A DNA stretch of 8,734 nucleotides from Octopus sinensis (Eukaryota), in contig NW_021828327.1 in NCBI RefSeq assembly GCF_006345805.1, forward strand, positions 1 to 8,734. The letters run 5' to 3'. Each line of letters begins with the position of its first letter. Positions within the stretch are counted from its first letter, which is position 1. Below the pieces are notes generated by a model. That model was not told the origin of the DNA. It did not search any database and saw only the letters and a list, made by a program, of their open reading frames with translations. Both the position numbers and the translations under genes were made by a program. This document shows, piece by piece, positions 1 through 7,537 of this stretch.

Positions 1-18
1 CTAAGAAAAAAATATGAA

Positions 19-23
19 TGTGT

Positions 24-58
<35 letters not shown>
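19..58. repeat. (TG)n microsatellite
   Basis: Near-perfect TG run with two CG interruptions. Confidence 0.95.
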
Positions 59-180
59 AGCTTGTGTGCACTCACACCATCAGGTAGATACAAACACACA
101 ACAATTGAATCCAAAATTCTGTTTATATACATATAACCATAGATAAATGGAAAGGTACATATATATACATACGTACAGAC

Positions 181-350
181 ATTAATACATATATTCGTGG
201 CCAGATAGATACATGCTTGTGCATATAATTATGTGTGCACATGTACACTTAAACGGGTGTATATACCTGCATGTGCTTGCATAAACTGGCGCGTGTGTGT
301 AAACTGGTGTGTGAGTGCCAGCGTATATATTGGCGCATATACAGTGGGAA
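181..350. repeat. Degenerate TA/CA/TG low-complexity tract
   Basis: Alternating purine-pyrimidine sequence (atgtgtgcacatgtacac, gcgtgtgtgt, gcgtatatat). Confidence 0.55.
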
Positions 351-354
351 AATT

Positions 355-715
355 CTGCATATACCAATATTCGGTAAAACCTTTAATTCCACGAAGAAAA
401 TTTGGTGCCCAGAAGCTAATCATACGCCATAGACAAAGGACACTTGAGAGAATTTGGCACAATTCATTCTAGATTTATTCCGAGTTGAACCATTATCTGA
501 TTTAGTCTGTCAGATTCTGATGCCGTAATTTCTCATTTAAACTGAAGAGATAAAGGAAGCTGCGAGCAACACATATTCCAACACCAGTTTCGATTCCTGC
601 TTCTAGCATCTTTACATCAATCACACAGTTAATAACCTTGACAAGAGCATGAATGTCACATAATCTCATTTGTCGTCTCTTCCCTATAATCTTGTACATT
701 GATTATTGGAAAACC
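355..715 (+). mobile_element. Possible highly decayed RTE-type LINE C-terminal fragment
   Basis: Mixed-frame translation gives FGKTFNSTKKIW...TK and RKLRA../FQHQ..RFLL, loosely like the recalled RTE post-RT consensus AF..L.KIW...TK...KL.AF.HRCLRRIL. Many stops and frameshifts; weak. Confidence 0.22.
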
Positions 716-728
716 TCATTTATTTCTT

Positions 729-1200
729 CTCGTTACTACTATTACCACCGTCAGCACCACCGTCTGCACAATCACCAACACCACAGCCATCATCACTATC
801 ATCACCAGCATCATCACCACCATCACCACCACCAACATCACTACCATTAACACCACTACTACTATCACCATCACCACCACCAATATCACCACCATCACCA
901 CCACCAACATCATCACCATCACCTCCAACATCACCACCACCACCACCATCAACACCACTACCACTATTACCATCACCACCAACATCATCATCATCACCAC
1001 CACCATCACCACCACTAACACCACCACCACCACCACCATTACCACTACCACAACCACAAACATCAGCACCACTACCACCATTACTACCACCACCACCCAC
1101 ATTATCACCCTTAACCACCAAGATCATCCCCATCAATGCCACCACTAACACCACCACCATCATCACCATCAATGCCATGACCTAAACCACCTCCACCGCC
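729..1200. repeat. Imperfect (CAC/CAT/ACT)n trinucleotide array
   Basis: About 470 bp of ACC/ATC/ACT/AAC triplets; explains five overlapping poly-T/P/H/V/G ORFs. Confidence 0.92.
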
Positions 1201-1514
1201 TTACTCTGTTAGATTTTATCCGAATCCGTTTTCCAAGTCATCGGTCGATTTCTTGTAAAATTTATTGTATATTTTATAAAAGTAATTTTCTGCAAAAATG
1301 ACTTTATTTACAAGTGTCCGTCGAGACTGATTCGGCGGGTCACTGCTTATAAGGTGACGACGGGGCTTGTGGAATGTCTGTGCACCTCAGGCGGAACGAA
1401 AGCTGCAAGGGATGTTGATTAAAAGCACCAGTTTGTCGGTTGTCTTGCCAATGTTTGAATCTTTCGCCAATATACAGCACTATAGAACGTCGAAACACAC
1501 ACAAAAACACAAAC

Positions 1515-1544
1515 ATATATATTATATATATATATATATATATA
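1515..1544. repeat. (TA)n microsatellite
   Basis: Direct inspection. Confidence 0.9.
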
Positions 1545-1591
1545 GATATGATCAAACTACACTAAATTCAGAAGTTGAATATAATAATATT

Positions 1592-1880
1592 GTGAAGACG
1601 CGTGGTATAGTGGTTAGAGTGTTGGATTTAGAAACGTTAGATCGTGGGTTCCCTTCCCGAACCGGTGGTGCGTTGTTCTTGAGCAAAACACTTCATGTCA
1701 CGTTGTTCCAGTTTACTCACCCGTAAAAGGATTACCCCGCGATGGACCTAGCCTTCTGAGCAGGGAGAATGTTGTCCTGCTTACTTAGGCAGTGGGGTGA
1801 CATCATTGAAAAGCTAAAACAATGCAAAGCACATTGTGACCAGCGATGTATGACGACATACAATAGCCTGGTTGATACTA
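1592..1880 (+). mobile_element. tRNA-derived SINE (family A, CORE-like box)
   Basis: Pol III box A TGGTATAGTGG (1603-1613), degenerate box B GGTTCCCTTCC (1647-1657), then TCTTGAGCAAAACACTT (1677-1693) resembling the CORE/V-type CCTTGRGCAAG.CACTT motif. Resembles octopus tRNA-SINEs from memory; exact family name not assignable. Confidence 0.8.
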
Positions 1881-2052
1881 TAATAATAATTATAATGATA
1901 ATGATAATAATGGCTTCAAATGTTTGCCACAAGGGCAGCCATTTTTGGAGAGAGGAGTCGGTTAGATCGACCCCAGTGTTCAACTGGTACTTATTTTATC
2001 AACCCCAAACGGATGGAAGGCAAAGTCGACCTCGGTGGAATTTGAAGTCAGA

Positions 2053-2053
<1 letters not shown>
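1881..2053 (-). mobile_element. tRNA-derived SINE (family B, Meta-like body), 5'-truncated, tail type i
   Basis: Shares GATCGACCCCAG..AACTGGTACTTA..TTATC.ACCCC...GGCAAAGTCGACCTCGG.GGAATTTGAA with the copies at 7821-8040 and 8605-8734. Box B remnant at about 2038-2050; (TTA/TCA)n tail at 1881-1910. Confidence 0.85.

Positions 2054-2054
<1 letters not shown>

Positions 2055-2095
<41 letters not shown>
2055..2095. repeat. (TG)n microsatellite
   Basis: Perfect run sitting where the SINE B head would be. Confidence 0.95.
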
Positions 2096-2097
<2 letters not shown>

Positions 2098-2464
2098 TTA
2101 ATAAACACCACGTTCATATGACACGTTCTCAAAGTCCAAGTACACACCAACCCTACATCCCTTTCTCTGTTTCTCTCTCTCCCTCTCTCTTGCACAGCCA
2201 CAGAGTCTCTTAAACCATAGGCACAACCACACACACAACCACAACCATGCACACATACAGACAACCGTACAACGGCATTGCTGTGCTACAGACCAGAATC
2301 ATCTGAAGCAGTCAATAACTGAATGCATGTTCCCCTGGTTTCGTGGAATTAGCTTCATACATAATTAAGCTATAATACATGGCATCGCTCCTTTGATATC
2401 CATGTTGGTGATGAATGGGCGCAGACAGTGTGTCGATGAACTGATATCATTCATACTGAATTAT

Positions 2465-2548
2465 GCACACAAACACACAAAGAGATGCAGATATATATTT
2501 GCATAGCCACACACACACACAAATACACACAAACACTCACACACACAC

Positions 2549-2619
<71 letters not shown>

Positions 2620-2740
2620 CCATGAGAAATACAAACGAATAATTAAATCTCTCCTGGAGTCGTACGATAAATCATATAAGCATGAAAAAAATGTAATAAG
2701 TGTGTAAATATATATACACGCACACATTATACACACATAA
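2465..2740. repeat. (CA)n microsatellite with degenerate flanks
   Basis: Long near-pure CA block at about 2508-2621. Confidence 0.92.
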
Positions 2741-2754
2741 GTTCATATACATAG

Positions 2755-2757
2755 CCC

Positions 2758-2789
<32 letters not shown>

Positions 2790-2853
2790 TAAAGCGGCAC
2801 ACACACTTACATACATGGTATGCATTCATATTCATAAATATAAGCGTTAACAA

Positions 2854-2888
<35 letters not shown>

Positions 2889-2915
2889 CAGAGAGAGAGA
2901 GAGAGAATGAGAGAC

Positions 2916-2984
<69 letters not shown>

Positions 2985-3010
2985 TGTATGTATGTACACA
3001 CACCACACAC
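2755..3010. repeat. Compound microsatellite (TA)n-(GA)n-(GATA)17-(TATG)n-(CA)n
   Basis: (GATA)17 at 2917-2984, GA run at about 2870-2915, TA runs at about 2758-2790 and 2854-2870. Confidence 0.95.
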
Positions 3011-3225
3011 ACATGCTCGCAAACAAACACGCACTGATCTGCATAGCCCTATATATATGCATTTGTATATTTATACAAATGTACATAGGTATATGTATGC
3101 ACAAACCCGTTTACACACTCCGTGTTAGGCAGAGAGACACGTTCACATGATTGTGTTTTTTTTTCTTTATTATTATTTACAATAATCATTTGCCGTTTCA
3201 TTCACGGTGATTCATGAACAAGTAA

Positions 3226-3298
3226 CAGCAGCAGCAGCAGCAGCAACAACAACAACAACAACAAGAACAACACGAGCATCAGCAAGAACAATAACAAA
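3226..3298. repeat. (CAG)6(CAA)7 plus degenerate extension
   Basis: CAG x6 at 3226-3243, CAA x7 at 3244-3264. The Gln frame is closed by TAA on both sides. Confidence 0.9.
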
Positions 3299-3552
3299 AA
3301 AAGTACGACGACGCCATCATTAGAGAAGCGTATAATTAAACCGTAATTAAAAGAAGACAACCTAATGTGAGATATATGAATGAATGGCGGAACGACGAAA
3401 AGGAAGGCGGTGAGGGGTTGCGGTACAAGATTGACATGGGGTGCACGCATGTGCATGTCGTATGCATGCATGGGTGTTTGTGAGTAGGTGCATGTGCACG
3501 CATATAACACACACACACGCACACATATACATACACAAACATATACATATGT

Positions 3553-3555
3553 ATG

Positions 3556-3617
<62 letters not shown>

Positions 3618-3636
3618 TATTATATATTATAATATA

Positions 3637-3699
<63 letters not shown>

Positions 3700-3725
3700 T
3701 ATAATATATTCATATATATATATAT
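3553..3725. repeat. Long imperfect (TA)n array
   Basis: About 170 bp almost purely A/T alternating. Confidence 0.95.
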
Positions 3726-3796
3726 ACTTGACTGAGGGAGGACTTCTTGGAAATATCACCAACAATAACATCTTAGTATTTCTTGTAATAGCACAG

Positions 3797-3856
3797 CTAC
3801 TACTACTACTACTACTACTACTGCTGCTGCTACTACTACTACTACTACTACTGCTA
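3797..3856. repeat. (CTA)n/(CTG)n trinucleotide array
   Basis: Direct inspection; source of the poly-Leu and poly-Ser ORFs. Confidence 0.92.
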
Positions 3857-3859
3857 GCA

Positions 3860-4340
3860 ATAGTAAGAACTGTTATCATCAACATGTGGGAGTGTGGGGG
3901 GGAGGGTTATGTTGTCGCTCTGATTGCTAGAAATAGCAGGACGTTGCCGCTCAGAGATAGAGAAGTCTCTGATTGAGAAGGTTAAAGGTAATAGAGAGAG
4001 AGGAGACTGCTGGTCTGTTGATGTTGTGCAGGATGTCGAGGAGAGAGTCCTAAAGGTGAAGGAAAACACATCTGCAGACGTACAGACATCGCTTTTCGAT
4101 GTATGGAATAAGTCTTGGAGATCAGAGATAAATTCTGATGAATAAGCGAGAGATTTGTGTCTGGGAGATGAATAGAGTATGTGCTTTATGTTGCTGCCCA
4201 TGGTCTGTAACTCTGTCCATTAATACTGAGTTTGTAGCCCTAGGCCACGAAAGTACTCGGACAAAATAACCAGTGAGTTGTTGTCAGGCAATTTTTGGAA
4301 CGAGGAGGGAGAATGTCCAGTGAGGCTCAGGTTATTTTTT
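3860..4340 (-). other. Unidentified coding-like island, possibly decayed N-terminal region of a Penelope-like ORF
   Basis: One minus frame has a single stop in about 160 codons (KNNLSLTGH...QY*WTELQTMGSNIKH...). Other frames give H.LFC....VA*GYKLSIN and ILHNINR...LS.T...LNQ.L, faintly like PLE N-termini as I recall them. Confidence 0.22.
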
Positions 4341-4386
4341 ACTTTTCTTTATCTTATTTTATGGTGTGTATATATATATATATATA

Positions 4387-4568
4387 GGCGCAGGAGTGGC
4401 TGTGTGGTAAGTAGCTTGCTTACCAACCACATGGTTCCGTGTTCAGTCCCATTGCGTAGTATCTTGGGCAAGTGTATTCTGCTATAGCCGCGGGCTGACC
4501 AATGCCTTGTGTGTGGAGTTGGTAGACGGAAACTGAAAGAAGCCTGTCGTATATGTGTATATATATAT

Positions 4569-4601
<33 letters not shown>

Positions 4602-4817
4602 ATATGTTTGTGTGTCTGTGTTTGTCCCCCTAGCATTGCTTGACAACCGATGCTGGTGTGTTTACGTCCCTGTCACCTAGCGGTTCGGCAAAAGAGACCG
4701 ATAGAATAAGTACTAGGCTCACAAAGAATAAGTCCCGGGGTCGATTTGCTCGACTAAAGGCGGTGCTCCAGCATGGCCGCAGTCAAATGACTGAAACAAG
4801 TAAAACAAAGAAAGAAA

Positions 4818-4818
<1 letters not shown>
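4387..4818 (+). mobile_element. Full-length bipartite tRNA-derived SINE (family C) with internal microsatellite
   Basis: Head GGCGCAGGAGTGGCTGTGTGG (box A 4397-4407), box B-like TGTTCAGTCCC (4440-4450), CORE-like TCTTGGGCAAGTGT (4462-4475), TA/TG tract at about 4551-4618, right arm ending CTGAAACAAGTAAAACAAAGAAAGAAAA. Confidence 0.9.
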
Positions 4819-4850
<32 letters not shown>

Positions 4851-4886
4851 TATTTGTATGTATATATGTATGTATGTATGTATATA
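4819..4886. repeat. (TATG)n microsatellite
   Basis: Follows the SINE C tail. Confidence 0.9.
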
Positions 4887-5412
4887 TTTCTTTTACATTC
4901 GGTACACAGATAAAGGGAATTTTCAGGGTGTGCGTATTAAATAAATGTTTTACTGAACCTATTTGTACGGGGAAAGTGCTTGTTTACTAAACTGGAGAAA
5001 ATTTGACCTGCATAGGTTTTAACACTTAAAGAGAAGGGCAATGTGAACCGCAACACACTCCGCTCCGGCGTTCTTTTCTCTTGGAGGGGTTAGAGTCTGG
5101 CGTGTAATTAATTCTATCATTGAAACTGTTGGCGACCAGAGTCTCGTTGTAGTAGGGCCGACAGCATCAAAAATCTCTTTGCTTGAAGATAGGTTGGAGA
5201 TTCATTTGCTGGCGCCCTTTACCGGGTTCTTGAAAACTATAGCTGGATGACAGGAAGCTGTGTTAATATATGATAGCTTCGTATTTGGCTTGCTAAAGGG
5301 CGTATAAGCACCAGACTCCCAAGCCCAGGAAATCCGTCGTTTTGAGGTTGGTTCCTCTCATGACCTTCAGTCCAAGGGAATTCATTGTACTGCTGAGATC
5401 CTTTCTTATCGA
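4885..5412 (-). mobile_element. Penelope-like retroelement relic (RT C-terminus/thumb and linker towards the GIY-YIG endonuclease)
   Basis: Across 4 frameshifts and 1 stop: IRKDLSSTMNSLGLKVMRGTNLKTTDFL / YTPFSKPNTKLSYINTASCHPAIVFKNPVKGASK*ISNLSSSKEIFDAVG / PYYNETLVANSFNDRINYTPDSNPSKRKERR / VLRFTLPFSLSVKTYAGQIFSSLVNKHFPRTNRF / HLFNTHTLKIPFICVPNVKEI. Colinear with the recalled PLE consensus IRKDL..IFK..GL.IT..TNLK.VDFLD...Y.PY.KPN..P.YI...SNHPP.I.K...ISxLSS..E.F....PYY...L...GF...WFNPPFS..VKTN.G..F..L.DKHFP...KIFN..T.K.SYSC.PN.K.I. Confidence 0.85.
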
Positions 5413-5721
5413 TGAAAAGCGCAGGGTTACGTAATTGGATTGTTACCTAACACTCCGTTGAACCCCTAATGCGAACCCAATTGGTAATATCGCCCGTAAT
5501 GGATATACAATACTATACACTTCGATTAATATATCCAGCTTCCTGAGAGATATGAGAGTACATTTTTTTCCTGACTTATGGACTCTGGGACGACTTACAC
5601 ACTCACACACTCATATACACACACATCCACACATACACACATATATGCATGTATGTTTATATTTGTATATCTTTGCATACCATGGAATGTCTAATCTGTT
5701 GCTCTCCTATGAGATTACGAT

Positions 5722-5850
5722 GTCGATAATCCGATCCCCAGATTACAGTATGGTCTTATTGCCAACAACAGAACCCAGTGAAACCCATTAGAGATACTCG
5801 TGTGTCCGGTGGTGTTATTGAACCTGGAACCACGATGCACCGATCAACAA
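5722..5850 (-). mobile_element. Old degenerate SINE fragment (family-B-like body and tRNA head remnant)
   Basis: GTCGATAATCCGATCCCCAG...TGGTCTTATT resembles family B GTCGATTAGATCGACCCCAG...TGGTACTTATT. TTGAACCTGGAACC resembles an antisense box B region. Confidence 0.3.
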
Positions 5851-5895
5851 ACGAAATTTCCATAGTATACTCACAGCTATATAGAATAACGACAA

Positions 5896-5950
5896 GATGG
5901 TCATGGCTGTAACGCCGTAGATCGTTGGACTGCTGAATCAGGATTGACTT
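5896..5950 (+). repeat. Dispersed repeat fragment (probable SINE 3' end); second copy at 7691-7740
   Basis: GATGGTCATGGCTGTAACGCC...TCAGGATTGAC versus GATGGTCACGGCTGAAATGTC...TTAGGATTAAC. Confidence 0.45.
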
Positions 5951-5969
5951 GTGACTTCCTAAATAGTGA

Positions 5970-6187
5970 TCACTACGACCATCAGCAGAAACCAGAAACT
6001 ACCACTGCAACAACAATTCAAGAATTACGAGACGACCTCTACTACCACCACCACCAACACCACAATGCCAACAAACCAAGACCACCACTACTACTACAGC
6101 AAATACTTCTACAACCAACCCCACGACGGTAAGGTGTAACTGCTGCTACCACCATCAACACCGCCACAAGAGCAACGCCAGCAATTG

Positions 6188-6218
<31 letters not shown>

Positions 6219-6525
6219 ACCACCACCACCACCACCACCACTACTACTACTACTACTAATACCAATACTACTACTGCTACTACTACTACAACTACTACTG
6301 CTGTTACTACTACTACTACTACTACTACTGCTACTACTACTAATACCAATACTACTACTGCTACTTCTACTACTGCTACTACTACTAATACCAATACTAC
6401 TACTGCTACTACTACTACTACTACTACTACTGTTACTACTACTAATACCAATACTACTAATGCTACTACTACTACTACTATCACAACGAGAAGAGGATCG
6501 ACCGTCGCCTCAACAACAACAACAG
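5970..6525. repeat. (ACT/ACC/ACA)n trinucleotide array with higher-order AATACCAAT units
   Basis: Purest ACT core at 6190-6480; AATACCAAT at 6258, 6342, 6387 and 6444. Confidence 0.92.
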
Positions 6526-6702
6526 TAAAAAGTCAACCAACAGCTATGATCATTTATTAATTATTAATTTGAAGATTTACTATTACTAATTAGCCAATGT
6601 AGCTAATTAACGAAGCAAAATTTCAAATACTTTTGAATTCCTGTTAACAAAAGATCAAGCGAGTCATTGTGATTCATTCATTACTTACGACTTCACTTAC
6701 AA

Positions 6703-6830
6703 GAAATAGAGAGGGAAAGAGAGGGAGAGAGTGGGGAAAGTGAGGTGGGAGAGAGTGAAGGTGGGAGTGGTAGGTGTAAAGAAAGAAGAGAGAGAGAAAG
6801 TGAACGAGGGAGAGGGAGCGCGGTGAGAGG
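6703..6830. repeat. Purine-rich (GA/GGA) low-complexity tract
   Basis: Almost exclusively G/A with scattered T on +. Confidence 0.8.
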
Positions 6831-6895
6831 GCGTGGCACATACATAGATAGTTTGACAGATTAAAACATTCCGCTTTCTCACGAGATCACCTGAA

Positions 6896-6928
<33 letters not shown>

Positions 6929-7050
6929 TAAGTGTATGTACACAGGTATACGCATACACACAGAAACATTTATGTGTGTGTGGGTGTCTGTGTGTGTATA
7001 CATATACATATATATATAGATGCATATATATACATATATACATACATGCG
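6896..7050. repeat. Compound TA/CA/TG microsatellite
   Basis: Direct inspection. Confidence 0.85.
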
Positions 7051-7052
7051 CA

Positions 7053-7260
7053 TGTGTTGTCTTTGTGCCAGTGTTTGACTCTGTATGACAACCGGTGTTA
7101 CTATGTTTACGTTCCTGTACATTAGTTGTTCGACTAAAGGGATCGATAGAATAAGTGCTAGGCTTTAAAAAAGATGTCTAGAGATCGATCCATTCAACTA
7201 AAAATTCCTCGAGACGGCGCTCCAGCTCGGCCGCTGTCTGTTGGCTGAAACAAGTGAAAA
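7053..7260 (+). mobile_element. Diverged right arm of SINE family C (no tRNA head)
   Basis: Colinear motifs with 4619-4805: TGACAACCG, TGTTTACGT, GATAGAATAAGT, GCTCCAGC..GGCCGC, CTGAAACAAGT. Confidence 0.75.
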
Positions 7261-7299
7261 ATTAATCACAAGTGAACCTAATTTCTCGATGATAATTGC

Positions 7300-7536
7300 T
7301 CCGACGTTCAGTTTTCTTGTGAGACAGCGACACACTTTTGTAATCCTTACTTTCGACCATCATATTTCGAAGTTATTTTTCTCTACTTCCTGTCTGCAAT
7401 TAGTTCAGTAATCTTCAATGAGCAAGTGCTGCCTGGGTAGCCACTGAGGAGAGAATATTAAACATATTTTAGTGAACAGCATAGAAAGAACACGCCATGA
7501 TAAGATTTGTCACAATTTATACTGACCACTATATAA
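7300..7536 (+). mobile_element. Decayed RTE-type LINE fragment, post-RT C-terminal region (continues at 8043-8230)
   Basis: Mixed frames VILT..SY.E...LY...I...IFNEQ.L then CTGAGG[AG]AGAATATTAAAC = LRRILN with a 2-nt insertion; compare recalled RTE consensus V.L..LLY.SE.W.LY...I..L..FH.RCLRRILN. Confidence 0.45.
7445..7536 (+). repeat. Direct repeat copy 1 (92 bp) of 8043-8141
   Basis: Manual alignment: 10 substitutions plus a 7-bp indel (AACGAAG absent here). Confidence 0.95.
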
Positions 7537-7537
7537 A

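Noticed and set aside
653-1185. Extensin-like Pro-rich ORF (706..1185) and Thr/His/Val-rich overlapping ORFs
   Set aside because: They are register translations of one triplet array; 699 and 706 start at TTG, not ATG; five frames being open at once is the signature of a stop-free repeat.
1592-1660. tRNA genes at SINE heads (also 4387-4455 and 7950-8040)
   Set aside because: Box A/B are present but there is no consistent cloverleaf, and each runs into a SINE body and tail.
2280-2460. Possible exon or RT fragment (minus frame FIDTLSAPIHHQHGYQRSDAMYYSLIMYE)
   Set aside because: Only a faint Q.G..RS...YSL resemblance to LINE RT; too short, and splice signals are weak.
2461-3885. ORFs with CVCV, YIYI, IYLS, poly-Leu, poly-Ser or poly-Gln runs
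   Set aside because: Direct translations of (TG)n, (TA)n, (GATA)n and triplet microsatellites; no domain-like sequence.
4135-4141. Hammerhead ribozyme cores (CTGATGA at 4135 and 8443), sought because PLEs often carry them
   Set aside because: No stem II followed by GAAA and no closing stems I/III could be built.
3924-4145. Plus-strand 73-aa ORF MLEIAGRC...
   Set aside because: Starts at a non-ATG codon, has no recognisable motif, and is the antisense shadow of the more open minus frame.
6683-6700. Two tandem perfect GTAAGT donor words on - after a pyrimidine tract
   Set aside because: The upstream candidate exon (from the AG near 6891) is low-complexity with no plausible product; hexamers of this kind are expected by chance in AT-rich DNA.
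6706-6770. G-quadruplex or triplex in the GA-rich tract
   Set aside because: G-runs are separated by 7-9-nt or longer loops and there is no clean mirror symmetry; nothing beyond generic low complexity.
7351-7443. Selenoprotein-type TGA readthrough (frame WLPRQHLLIEDY*TNCRQEVEKNNFEI*WSK)
   Set aside because: No SECIS-like element seen, no recognisable selenoprotein motif, and the region is better explained as antisense LINE relic.
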